DNA from: an uncultured Gammaproteobacteria bacterium
GTDB lineage: Bacteria; Patescibacteriota; Microgenomatia; Levybacterales; UBA12049
Reading direction: 5' to 3'
Assembly (NCBI GenBank): GCA_964491185.1
Contig: CAZBFH010000001.1
Location: 16,739-80,738 of the forward strand
DNA: 64,000 nucleotides
Each line of letters starts with the position of its first letter. The stretch's first letter is position 1. The translations under genes and the position numbers were made by a program. Of this stretch, positions 1-8,835 are shown piece after piece. The notes under the pieces were generated by a model. That model saw only the letters and a list, made by a program, of their open reading frames with translations. It was not told the DNA's origin and ran no database searches.

Positions 1-1185
1 CTTTCTTGTTCTAATCGCAGTATCTACAACTTTGTATTCATCCCATGGTAAATCACGATTTCCATAAGTCATAGATTTTTCGTGAGCCTTCCCAGTTACA
101 ACAACTAAATCTCCTTTTCCTGCCATCTCAATTGCTGCATTAATCGCATCTTTTCTATCGGCTAATCTAAATACTTTTGCATCTTTTTTCTTAATCCCAC
201 TTGCAATCTCGTCAATAATTTTATCAACATCTTCGCTTCTTGGATCTTCAGCAGTTAATATTAAAATGTCAGCATGCTTTGAAGAGGTTTCTCCCATGAA
301 AGGCCTTTTTGCATGATCCCGCTCCCCAGCTGAACCAAAAACATGAATTATCCTACCACTTGTATGCTCACGTAATGAACCGAGCAATTGCTCGAACGCA
401 TTTGGCGTGTGTGCAAAATCAATTAGAACTGAAAAATCATCCTCATATACAAAGTCCACTCTTCCAAGTGGAAGCTTAAAGGTTTTAATGGCGCTTCTTA
501 TCTCTTCGTGAGTTAAACCTAATGTCTTAGCGACAGCTGCGCCAGCTAGAACATTATATTTATTAAAACTATCAATCATTACACGGGAATCGAACGGAAA
601 GTTATTAAGATTTACATCAGCGCTTTCGGAAAATCCATATGTAATCCAATTTTTATTTTCTTTACTGTTTTTTGCATCCGATAAAAGTGTATAACTCCCA
701 TCATCCCTATTAACTATTGCAATCTTCGCCATTTTTAGAAGCTTTTCTTTTGTATGTAAATAATTATCAAAAGTTTTGTGATAATCTAAATGCTCGCTTG
801 TAATATTTGTTAAAACACCCACCTTAAAAGGTATGCCCCAAGTCCTGTATTGGTCAAGCGCATGAGAGGTTACTTCCAAAACGAAATACTTACTTCCTGA
901 TTGAACAGCCTGTCTAAGAAATTTTTGAAGAGCAAAAGGATTTGGAGTAGTTACATGAAAACCAGTTTCATAATCTTTCTTGCCAACTGATGCACCAATA
1001 CTCGTAAGCATGGACACATTTCTACCACTTGATTTTAGAATGTGATAAATAAGATTTACTGTGGTTGTTTTTCCATCAGTTCCCGTAACTCCAATTACTG
1101 TAAGTTTTCTTCCTGGGAAAATATATGTTAGATTTGCAAAAAAAGCTACTACATGATGGTAAACATTTTTAATTTTTTGAAACAT
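1..1185 (-). CDS. murE: UDP-N-acetylmuramyl-tripeptide synthetase MurE (3' end runs off the window)
   Basis: Not in the ORF track. Read manually from ATG at 1185: MFQKIKNVYHH...VIGVTGTDGKTTT (P-loop), DFAHTPNA, HVFGSAGERD, TAEDPRSED, GKAHE; located in the dcw cluster. Confidence 0.93.
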   Translation of the reverse strand, partial: MFQKIKNVYHHVVAFFANLTYIFPGRKLTVIGVTGTDGKTTTVNLIYHILKSSGRNVSMLTSIGASVGKKDYETGFHVTTPNPFALQKFLRQAVQSGSKYFVLEVTSHALDQYRTWGIPFKVGVLTNITSEHLDYHKTFDNYLHTKEKLLKMAKIAIVNRDDGSYTLLSDAKNSKENKNWITYGFSESADVNLNNFPFDSRVMIDSFNKYNVLAGAAVAKTLGLTHEEIRSAIKTFKLPLGRVDFVYEDDFSVLIDFAHTPNAFEQLLGSLREHTSGRIIHVFGSAGERDHAKRPFMGETSSKHADILILTAEDPRSEDVDKIIDEIASGIKKKDAKVFRLADRKDAINAAIEMAGKGDLVVVTGKAHEKSMTYGNRDLPWDEYKVVDTAIRTRK

Positions 1186-1191
1186 AGTTTA

Positions 1192-1197
1192 ATTATA
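1192..1197 (-). promoter_or_regulatory. Putative -10 box (TATAAT) 6 nt before the murE ATG
   Basis: attata on + strand = TATAAT on minus; no clear -35 and no SD in the 6-nt gap. Confidence 0.55.
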
Positions 1198-1203
1198 CCC
1201 CAA

Positions 1204-2523
1204 CTACACTCGGCGCATCTTATTCCAAAAGCTTCCTCGTCTCGGTAAAAAATCTTCGTCTCCTTTATTCTTAAGAAGCATTTCCACTGCTCTTTCAAGA
1301 AAAAGCGTATTCTGCGAGCCTTTTACTAAAACTAAATCTCCTTTATGAATTTCTTCTCTAATTACATCCTTAGCCTCTCTGAAAGTTTCAAAACATTTAA
1401 ATTTAAAATTATTTTTTTCTAAAATTGGAGCGACGAATTCGCTCATTAGCGGGCCAATAAGAATTACGAAGTCTAAATTTTTAAGAATTACTTTTGCGAG
1501 ATCCGTATGCTGTATTCTACTTAAAGTTCCAAGCTCTCTCATATCTCCCAAAATTCCTACTGTTCTTCCTTTTTTAATTTCACCAATTATCTCAATTGCA
1601 CCTTTTGCTGCAGCTAAAGAGGAATTATACGAAGAATCTATGATTAGAGCATCCTTTACACCTTCAAATATTGAAAACCTTCCCGGAGGAAGAGAAAAAT
1701 TTTCCTCAATTAATCGTAGTGCTTCATTAATGCTGAATTTACAAATAAACGCTATAGCAACAACTTCCATAAGTGAGTAGGCAAAATACTTAGGCAGAGG
1801 CATTGGAATATTGAGACTATATCGATCTTTTAGAAAGATAAAATTAATTGTAAAATTTTTCTCAGACACCTGAATACTAGAAATATAAAAGTCTGCATTT
1901 TTATCATTTGCTGAAATCGTAACTGTTTTGGACTTTAGAGGAAGAAGGTTTCTTATCTGATTGTCATCAAGATTTACTACCGAAGTACCATTCGCATCAA
2001 TTGCCTTAAGGAGTCTTCCTTCTTCCTTAGCGGTAAGATTCAAAATTTGCTCTCTCCTTTTTATATCATCCTCTTCATTTATTAAGTTATCAAAGTTAAG
2101 ACTATGCTCGATATCTATATTTGTCAAAACTCCAACATTTGGCGTAACGATAGAAAGAAGATATTCCATATTTTTCGGAGGTTTTGGACTATCAATTCCC
2201 ATTTCTAAAACCAAAAACTCATATTTCCTGCTGTTTGTTAAAATTTTAAAAGGTGCAAAAAGTAAAACCTTAAACCATTCCTTGAGGGTATAATTTACAA
2301 CATCAATATCAAGAATATTTAATGGGATCCCTGTCTCGCTATTTTTCCCTTTTCCTTCTTTAATATTAAATTTCGATCCCAAAACTTTTCCAACTAAAAA
2401 AGCTGTTGAAGATTTTCCACTCGCTCCTCCAATCCCAATTACAACAGGATTTATTTTCTTAAGTTGAATCTTTGCAAAATACCGAATATAAGACAAATAA
2501 AATTTTATTAATAAATTCCTCAT
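1204..2523 (-). CDS. murF: UDP-N-acetylmuramoyl-tripeptide--D-Ala-D-Ala ligase MurF
   Basis: GIGGASGKSST P-loop, LEMG, IDSSYNSS, GDMRELG and LVKGSQ motifs typical of MurF. Confidence 0.88.
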   Translation of the reverse strand: MRNLLIKFYLSYIRYFAKIQLKKINPVVIGIGGASGKSSTAFLVGKVLGSKFNIKEGKGKNSETGIPLNILDIDVVNYTLKEWFKVLLFAPFKILTNSRKYEFLVLEMGIDSPKPPKNMEYLLSIVTPNVGVLTNIDIEHSLNFDNLINEEDDIKRREQILNLTAKEEGRLLKAIDANGTSVVNLDDNQIRNLLPLKSKTVTISANDKNADFYISSIQVSEKNFTINFIFLKDRYSLNIPMPLPKYFAYSLMEVVAIAFICKFSINEALRLIEENFSLPPGRFSIFEGVKDALIIDSSYNSSLAAAKGAIEIIGEIKKGRTVGILGDMRELGTLSRIQHTDLAKVILKNLDFVILIGPLMSEFVAPILEKNNFKFKCFETFREAKDVIREEIHKGDLVLVKGSQNTLFLERAVEMLLKNKGDEDFLPRRGSFWNKMRRV

Positions 2524-2535
2524 ATCTTAGTTAAC

Positions 2536-4218
2536 CTATTCGTCGGGAGCTATTCCATAATAAGTAAAAAGTTCTTTTGCAATCCCAAAGAATATTGGTG
2601 CAGCTGTCTCTGCACCGTAGATTCTAGCAGTTGGCCTGTCTAAAATCACTAACATAATGAATTTAGGATCATTTGCAGGCGCAAATCCTATAAATGAAGC
2701 TATAGTTTTGTTTGGGTCATATTTTCCCTCAACTGGGATAGAGGCGGTTCCAGTTTTTCCTGCTACTTTATACCCATCTATTTTTGCCCATTTAGCTTCT
2801 CCTTTATCAACTGCATTCACTAAAACCTGCGTCATCACTTTTGCTGTAGCTGGGCTAATAGGTTTTCCAATTTCCTTAGGTGGAATTTTGGTTACCTCTC
2901 CATGAACATCAGTAACAGAAGAAACAATATGTGGCTCCATCATGATTCCATTATTAGCTATGGACGAAAAAGCTGTTAAAAGTTCAATTGGAGTAATCGA
3001 GATTCCTTGTCCAAAACCAGTAGTTGCAAGATCTACTGCATACCAATTCTCTTTAGCTTTAATATCAGAAACTACTTCTCCCTGCAAGTCAATCCCAGTA
3101 AGTTTTCCTATTCCAAAGCGATCTAAATATTTCAACATTCGATCCAGGCCTAACTTTTGAGCCGTATAGACCATTCCAGTATTATCGGAATGCTGAATTA
3201 CTTCAAGCATAGTCGCATTTTCATAATATTCATCATTCCATGTATGAAGATCGTATCCGCCTACTGAAACTGGACCCGAGCAGATCGGACATTTACTTTG
3301 AGGTGTTAATAGTTTTTCATTAAAAGCAGCTGACATAACAAGAGGCTTAAAGGTAGAGCCAGGCTCATATAGATTTGTGACAAATGTATTCTTATATAAA
3401 TCACTTGAATATTCGCCGTATTTTGCAGGATCATACGTAGGAAAATTTGCCATCGTAATTATAGCACCCGTCGCTGGATCCATAATTCCCACCATTCCAC
3501 CTGCTGCTCCATATCTTTCAATTCCCTCCTTAAGCTTTTTTTCTGCCAGAAATTGTATTGAGCGATTAATATGAAGGTTTAAACTGCTCCCGTCAGTTCC
3601 AAAGGATTTCTCATTATCTACTCTTGCTAAAATTGGCCTACCTATAGCGTCGTGTATTTGAATCGCAGATCCATTTTTTCCCCTTAAAAGCCTATCATAG
3701 TATCCTTCAATTCCAGAATAACCTTTACTGCTGCCATTATCATCTTTTCCAACAAAACCTAAAAGATTTGCTGCCATTGAAGCCTCAGGATAAAATCTTT
3801 CAAATTGTTTTTCAAACCCAAGACCTAATATTTTTTCTTTTTCTATCTGCGCCCGAACCTGAGGATCGATTCCATGGGCAATTGGCACCCAAAAAAGATC
3901 TTGATCCAGCTGTGCACTGATTGATGCTTCATCAATTCCTAAACTCTGGGATAAAAATCTTGAAACTTGAGTTTTATTTTTTACTTCTTTGGGATTTGCA
4001 TATAAAAGATAGGTAATTTTATTCGCTGCAATAGGAAATCCATCAGAAGTCATAATTTCACCCCTTACGGGTTCAATTTTTATAGATTGCCCATACTGGA
4101 TTTGACCTAACTCAGATAGAGCTTCAGCCTTAACAACTTGCCAGTAGAAAAGACGAAGCAAAATAACCCCGAAAATTAAAGTAAAGAAAAGTAGAACTGT
4201 ACGATATCTTAAAATCAT
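2536..4218 (-). CDS. ftsI: Class B penicillin-binding protein (FtsI/PBP3-like transpeptidase)
   Basis: N-terminal TM, RGEI, RFYP, GIEG; SxxK (EPGSTFK), SxN (HSDN), KTG (GKTGT); dcw position. Confidence 0.9.
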   Translation of the reverse strand: MILRYRTVLLFFTLIFGVILLRLFYWQVVKAEALSELGQIQYGQSIKIEPVRGEIMTSDGFPIAANKITYLLYANPKEVKNKTQVSRFLSQSLGIDEASISAQLDQDLFWVPIAHGIDPQVRAQIEKEKILGLGFEKQFERFYPEASMAANLLGFVGKDDNGSSKGYSGIEGYYDRLLRGKNGSAIQIHDAIGRPILARVDNEKSFGTDGSSLNLHINRSIQFLAEKKLKEGIERYGAAGGMVGIMDPATGAIITMANFPTYDPAKYGEYSSDLYKNTFVTNLYEPGSTFKPLVMSAAFNEKLLTPQSKCPICSGPVSVGGYDLHTWNDEYYENATMLEVIQHSDNTGMVYTAQKLGLDRMLKYLDRFGIGKLTGIDLQGEVVSDIKAKENWYAVDLATTGFGQGISITPIELLTAFSSIANNGIMMEPHIVSSVTDVHGEVTKIPPKEIGKPISPATAKVMTQVLVNAVDKGEAKWAKIDGYKVAGKTGTASIPVEGKYDPNKTIASFIGFAPANDPKFIMLVILDRPTARIYGAETAAPIFFGIAKELFTYYGIAPDE

Positions 4219-4499
4219 CTAAGAGATGCGATTGGCTTAGCCTTTGTTAGGGCAAAATTTGACTTACTGTCAACAAAGCCGATTCGCGCAGCTTCTGAAG
4301 CAACATGAGTTAGGGAGCTTAAGGAATAAATTTTTTCTCTTAAAATAACATTCTCAGTCCTAACCCTCACTAGCTCATCTTGAGTTTTTCCAAGAGCAAC
4401 TCCTTTTGTTGAAATTTTATTAGAAATTGCAGTTCGAGTTATAAATAGTCCTACAATTACTAATATTAAAATGGCTAAAACAAATATTGGTTTTTTCAT
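4215..4499 (-). CDS. ftsL: FtsL-like cell division protein
   Basis: 94 aa, single TM then coiled-coil ending in A..IGF; lies between rsmH and ftsI. Call is largely positional. Confidence 0.6.
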   Translation of the reverse strand: MKKPIFVLAILILVIVGLFITRTAISNKISTKGVALGKTQDELVRVRTENVILREKIYSLSSLTHVASEAARIGFVDSKSNFALTKAKPIASLR

Positions 4500-5374
4500 A
4501 ACTTTTCAAATATCCTAAGCTTTGCGCTTTTACTCCTGCCATTTTCTTTAATTTCCTCTTGTGTTGGTAATATCGGTTTATCTGTTAAAATTTTCCCAAG
4601 TTTTTTTGCTTGAAATTCCAGGAATGCTCTTTTCACTATCCTGTCTTCCAGGGAGTGAAATGTGATTATCGCAATTCTTCCCTCATTCTCAAGTAAATCT
4701 AATGCCTTAGGAAGTGCTTCTTTTAAGCTTCCTAATTCGTCGTTAACCGCTATTCTTAATGCTTGAAATACTCTTTTTCCTGATGTTGCTCTTGCAAAGT
4801 CATTTACTGTCTTGAATCCATAAGCTGTTGCTAAGGTTAACGTTAAGTCGTCTGTAGTTTTAAATGGCGCTATCTTTCTTCTCTTAATAATTAAATCCGA
4901 AACTCTATTTGCATTTGTTTCTTCACCAAAATTTTTAAATAATTCTATGAGCTCACTTTTACCTAAGGCATTTACTAGATCGCTAGCCTTAACAGTTAAA
5001 TCTTTATCCATCCTCATGTCTAAGGGTCCAGGTAAAATGTATGAAAATCCCCTCTCCGGCGTATCAATCTGGTGTGAAGAAATTCCTAAATCAAAAAGAA
5101 TTCCCCATACCTTCTCAAATCCGTGTGCCCGAGCTACTGTGTCAATATTCCTGAAATTTCCCTTAGCGAGAATCAAGTTTTTACTATCAAGTCTAGCTTT
5201 AACAAAAGAGAGTGCTTCATCGTCCTGATCAATTCCCAGAACTACTCCACCACGGTTTAATAACTCTTCAGTGTGTCCACCGCCACCAAGAGTCGCATCA
5301 ATATATTTTCGACCCTTAGCAACATTCAATGCATTAATACCTTCATTTAAAAGTACAGATTTATGATATTTCAT
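4496..5374 (-). CDS. rsmH: 16S rRNA C1402 N4-methyltransferase RsmH (MraW)
   Basis: HKSVLL, DATLGGGGH, DLGISSHQ, PLDMRMD, FQALRIAVNDEL, FHSLEDRIVK, SKSAKLR. Confidence 0.97.
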   Translation of the reverse strand: MKYHKSVLLNEGINALNVAKGRKYIDATLGGGGHTEELLNRGGVVLGIDQDDEALSFVKARLDSKNLILAKGNFRNIDTVARAHGFEKVWGILFDLGISSHQIDTPERGFSYILPGPLDMRMDKDLTVKASDLVNALGKSELIELFKNFGEETNANRVSDLIIKRRKIAPFKTTDDLTLTLATAYGFKTVNDFARATSGKRVFQALRIAVNDELGSLKEALPKALDLLENEGRIAIITFHSLEDRIVKRAFLEFQAKKLGKILTDKPILPTQEEIKENGRSKSAKLRIFEKL

Positions 5375-5798
5375 TGTTTTTTGTTATTTTTTCAGTAATT
5401 GGTTCGATTTTTTTAATTAATTCTAAATTATGTTGTTCCCAACGCTTTTTGTCCCAAATTTGCACATATCTAATTACTCCCAAAATACTTACTTCATCAC
5501 TCAAGCTCGCATATTCTCTTAAATAGGCAGGAATTATAAACCTTCCCTTGTCATCTAGTCCAACTTCCGAAGCATTACCCAAAAGAAATCTTTCTATCTC
5601 TCGTGCGTTTTTATCAATAATTGGTTTTCCTCTTGTTCCTTCGAGAAGAAGTTCAAATTTACTAACCGATATAACTATCAAAGAGCCTTCAAATCCTTGA
5701 GTAACAATTAAATTGTCACCCAGTTCACGTCGAAATTTAGCTGGTAATATAATTCTGTTTTTCTCATCAATTTTAGTATCTTGCCTGCCTATCAACAT
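5361..5798 (-). CDS. mraZ: Division/cell wall cluster transcriptional regulator MraZ
   Basis: Two SpoVT/AbrB repeats (IDEKNRIILPAKFR; LDDKGRFIIPAYLR), QIWD; first gene of the dcw cluster. Confidence 0.95.
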   Translation of the reverse strand: MLIGRQDTKIDEKNRIILPAKFRRELGDNLIVTQGFEGSLIVISVSKFELLLEGTRGKPIIDKNAREIERFLLGNASEVGLDDKGRFIIPAYLREYASLSDEVSILGVIRYVQIWDKKRWEQHNLELIKKIEPITEKITKNNEIS

Positions 5799-5852
5799 AT
5801 TTACCCCGCAGTTGGCGCGGGCTGCCTGATTGGATCAATGTGGATCAATTGT

Positions 5853-5880
5853 CCCACTTTTTCCCACTTTGAACCATAAA
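5853..5880 (-). promoter_or_regulatory. MraZ operator boxes (direct repeats, 10-bp period)
   Basis: AAAGTGGG at 5870-5863 and 5860-5853, plus a degenerate TTTATGGT at 5880-5873, just downstream of the promoter; matches the known GTGG-type phased MraZ boxes. Confidence 0.8.
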
Positions 5881-5883
5881 CAT

Positions 5884-5912
5884 ATTGTGCTCAATTCCGT
5901 GAAAAGTGTCAA
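5884..5912 (-). promoter_or_regulatory. sigma70-type promoter of the dcw operon
   Basis: TTGACA (5912-5907), 17-nt spacer, CACAAT (5889-5884). Confidence 0.7.
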
Positions 5913-5992
5913 GAGGCATTTCACGAAAATAGTGTGATTTAACAATCAAAAACACTACATAAAGTGGGCTTATAAGAATTTACCAGGAAGCT

Positions 5993-6325
5993 CTAAAGAC
6001 CAGCTTCAGACGGAGGCAAAGGATTTGCTCTATTGTAAATTTCTTCAGCTTCTTCCAGCGTTAAGCCCCATTGCTGTCTACCAGGGCCTAAGTATTGACC
6101 TTGACTGTTTTCTAAGCCCCATAAACCTTCGCCTTGATAAACTAATGATGTATCTTTAGGAACCACAAAACAAATTACTCGACTTTCCTCTTCCATAGGT
6201 TTGCCGACTTGATAAGGCATAAACACAAGCTCACTTCCATCTCTCACTAAATTGTCGATTACACTTGGCCATCTTAAATCAGCAGGTGCGGCAATTTTAA
6301 TTTCTTCTGGACGATTTTCAACCAT
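5993..6325 (-). CDS. Hypothetical orphan protein (~110 aa, MVENRPEE...)
   Basis: The track start (TTG at 6361) coincides with a TTGACA -35 box, so ATG 6325 is preferred. No recognisable motif. Confidence 0.6.
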   Translation of the reverse strand: MVENRPEEIKIAAPADLRWPSVIDNLVRDGSELVFMPYQVGKPMEEESRVICFVVPKDTSLVYQGEGLWGLENSQGQYLGPGRQQWGLTLEEAEEIYNRANPLPPSEAGL

Positions 6326-6332
6326 AACGAAA

Positions 6333-6361
6333 CTTATATCACGGGTTTTCAAAAATGTCAA
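6333..6361 (-). promoter_or_regulatory. Putative sigma70 promoter, leaderless
   Basis: TTGACA-17-TATAAG, then 7 nt to ATG 6325. Confidence 0.55.
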
Positions 6362-6377
6362 ACTAAAACGAGGCTAA

Positions 6378-6854
6378 TTAAAGTTTTACGATTTTTTGGA
6401 CTTGGTACTCTTTTCCATCTTTCTTAGTGACTTTTAAGTTAATTGTGATATCTGAGGTTACATTATCATAACGGCATTTTCCAGCTGAACAAGTTCCAAA
6501 TTCTCTATAGTTGGTGTCTGTTCGTCCGTCTTTTCCGATTTCCATAATTCCGAAAATTCCTTCATTCGCAGTCTCACCCTCAACCTCTTTCTCATATTCA
6601 ATCGTATATTCAACTAATTCTATGTCCGAAGCTTTTGTGAGATCAAACATAAGAGCTTTATTGTCAGGCCTTATGGTTACTTCCATTCCTATATCTTCGG
6701 GGGTGAGAGTAGGCAAATCTGACTCTGTTATTTCATCAGATGGACGCTCCGAAGAAGAACCTTGCCTAGACCAGAGAAATACTCCTCCTACAACAGCAAG
6801 TATTAAAAATACAGCTACCGCTGCAATTAACTTTTTATTTTTTAATTGATTCAC
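6378..6854 (-). CDS. Membrane-anchored extracytoplasmic hypothetical protein
   Basis: GTG start; basic N-terminus plus one TM, Ser-rich linker, beta-rich domain with FGTCSAGKCRYD cysteine pair. Confidence 0.8.
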   Translation of the reverse strand: MNQLKNKKLIAAVAVFLILAVVGGVFLWSRQGSSSERPSDEITESDLPTLTPEDIGMEVTIRPDNKALMFDLTKASDIELVEYTIEYEKEVEGETANEGIFGIMEIGKDGRTDTNYREFGTCSAGKCRYDNVTSDITINLKVTKKDGKEYQVQKIVKL

Positions 6855-6861
6855 TAGATCT

Positions 6862-6891
6862 AGAATAAACGAAAAAACGACTTAATGTCAA
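6862..6891 (-). promoter_or_regulatory. Putative sigma70 promoter, leaderless
   Basis: TTGACA-18-TATTCT, then 7 nt to GTG 6854. Confidence 0.55.
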
Positions 6892-6903
6892 GGATTCCTA
6901 ATC

Positions 6904-6936
6904 TTAGCCTCGCAAGGCCTGGCCTTGCGAGGCTAA
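6904..6936. repeat. Perfect GC-rich palindrome (REP-like)
   Basis: TTAGCCTCGCAAGGCC-T-GGCCTTGCGAGGCTAA: 16-bp arms, 1-nt centre, no U-tract on either side. Confidence 0.85.
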
Positions 6937-6954
6937 ATCCCAAACCATCTCTTG

Positions 6955-7398
6955 TTAAGCAATTTTAGCTACAGGAGGAAAAATGTCTGGAAATGCATTG
7001 GGAATTTCTCGAAGCGCTTCTTCTCCCCTAATTGGCTCATCTTTCCCTTCCATCATGAGCTCAATATCTGCAATCTTTATATCTGGATTTAATGTGGATC
7101 TAGAAATTTGCATAAATAAACTACTTGATCCTTCTTTAAGAGCAACAGCGTCAATTGGAATTATACCCGCGCGTTCGCGAATATCTCCAGAATAACCATA
7201 ACTTTTATTTTTGTGGTCAAAGAAAATTAAAGATGGATAAGGCTCACCTGTATTAACTCCATGCAAAGCATGTGCCGTGATTTGCCCTTGCGCTTCTGGA
7301 ATCATTTCAAGCCTGCTTCCTAATAACTCAATAGCCTCTTCTACCTTCTCAGGAAATGTTAATTGGGGTTTTTCTGCTACCGCAGTGCTTTCAGCCAT
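6955..7398 (-). CDS. Hypothetical orphan protein (147 aa)
   Basis: Start overlaps the glyQS stop (TAATG); acidic soluble protein with no known motif. Confidence 0.65.
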   Translation of the reverse strand: MAESTAVAEKPQLTFPEKVEEAIELLGSRLEMIPEAQGQITAHALHGVNTGEPYPSLIFFDHKNKSYGYSGDIRERAGIIPIDAVALKEGSSSLFMQISRSTLNPDIKIADIELMMEGKDEPIRGEEALREIPNAFPDIFPPVAKIA

Positions 7399-8780
7399 TA
7401 CTTTATTTTATCAACTATAAAATCATGAAGCTTACTTATTTCAATTCTTTCCTGAGTAGCGCTGTCACGGTCTCTGATGGTCACGGTATCATTTTCAAGG
7501 GTTTCAAAATCCACAGTTATACAATAAGGAGTTCCTGCTTCATCCTGAGAAAGATACCGCTTTCCGATATTTCCTCTATCATCCCAAGATACATTAAAGT
7601 CTTTCTTCAAACTATCATATACGCCACGAGCCTTCTCTACTAGCTCTGGCTTGTTTGCTAAAAGAGGAAATATCGCAGCCTTAAACGGAGCTATTTTTGG
7701 AGAAATTTTCAGTAAGGTTCTCCCGTCAATTTCAGAATATGAATCAACCAAAACCATAAGAAGAAGCCTATTTAAACCTACCGCAGGCTCGATAACATGG
7801 GGCATAATTTTTTCATTTGTATTTGGATCCATAATAGTTAGATCTTTTTTAGAAACATCTGAGTGCTTCGCAAGATCATAATCTGTTCTATAAGCTAAAC
7901 CCCACAACTCCTTAAATCCAAAAGGAAATTTATATTCCAAGTCTTCAGTTCTCTTGCTGTAAAAAGATCTTTCTTTCTCATCATGCTCTCTCCATCTAAG
8001 ATTTTCCTCTCGTATTCCTAAATCCTTAAGCACAAATTCAAATACTCTCTCTTTCCATTCATTAAAAAGTTCCTCCCAATTTGATCTATTAGGATCAAAG
8101 AAATATTCAATTTCACCTTGTTCGAATTCAATTGTTCTAAATATGGAGTTTCCTGGAGTTATTTCATTCCTAAAGCTTTTTCCGATCTGTCCAATTCCGA
8201 AAGGAAGTCTAACACGAGTGGAGTCGACAACATTCTTAAAGTTAATAAATATTCCTTGTGCTGTTTCTCCTCTTAAATATGCTTGCCCTTGTTCTCCTTC
8301 TACAATTCCAAGCTGGATAGGGAAAAGTAAATTAAAATTTCGAACAGCGGTCCAATCTCTTTTACCGCAAACAGGGCAAGAGATTTCATTTTCGTTAACT
8401 AAATGCGAATATTCAGGCGGAGTCAAACCCTCGACTGATTTCTTCTCACCTTTTTTCTCAAAATATCCCTCAATAAGATGATCCGCACGCATTCTAGCTT
8501 TACAATTCTTGCAATCTATCATAGCGTCAGCGAAGCTTGCCGTGTGCCCTGAAGCCTCCCAAACCTTATGATGAGAGATAATACTTGAGTCGAGCCCTAC
8601 CATGTCAGATTGGTTTTGAATGAAAAACTTCCACCAAAGATTTCTTAGATTTCTTAAAAGTTCTGTTCCAAGCGGACCGTAATCATAGCTATTTGCAAGA
8701 CCTCCATAAATTTCAGATCCTGGATAGATAAATCCACGTCTTTTAGAAAGCGAGATAACTTTTTCCATTAACCCATCCAT
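7398..8780 (-). CDS. glyQS: Glycine--tRNA ligase, homodimeric (alpha2) type
   Basis: KRRGFIYPGSEIYGG, YDYGPLG, LRGETAQGIF, GKSFRNEI, PHVIEPAVG; C-terminal anticodon domain (IGKRY..QDEAGTP). Confidence 0.97.
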   Translation of the reverse strand: MDGLMEKVISLSKRRGFIYPGSEIYGGLANSYDYGPLGTELLRNLRNLWWKFFIQNQSDMVGLDSSIISHHKVWEASGHTASFADAMIDCKNCKARMRADHLIEGYFEKKGEKKSVEGLTPPEYSHLVNENEISCPVCGKRDWTAVRNFNLLFPIQLGIVEGEQGQAYLRGETAQGIFINFKNVVDSTRVRLPFGIGQIGKSFRNEITPGNSIFRTIEFEQGEIEYFFDPNRSNWEELFNEWKERVFEFVLKDLGIREENLRWREHDEKERSFYSKRTEDLEYKFPFGFKELWGLAYRTDYDLAKHSDVSKKDLTIMDPNTNEKIMPHVIEPAVGLNRLLLMVLVDSYSEIDGRTLLKISPKIAPFKAAIFPLLANKPELVEKARGVYDSLKKDFNVSWDDRGNIGKRYLSQDEAGTPYCITVDFETLENDTVTIRDRDSATQERIEISKLHDFIVDKIK

Positions 8781-8786
8781 AACGCA

Positions 8787-8815
8787 ATGATAGCAAAATA
8801 GCTACAAATGAACAA
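8787..8815 (-). promoter_or_regulatory. Putative extended -10 promoter of glyQS, leaderless
   Basis: TTGTTC-17-TATCAT with TGn extension (TGCTATCAT), 6 nt before ATG 8780. Confidence 0.6.
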
Positions 8816-8835
8816 TGATTTAAAAAATAAGAAGA

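Noticed and set aside
6904-6936. Palindrome as a Rho-independent terminator or CRISPR repeat
   Set aside because: No U-tract in either direction, and no regularly spaced repeat-spacer array or cas genes.
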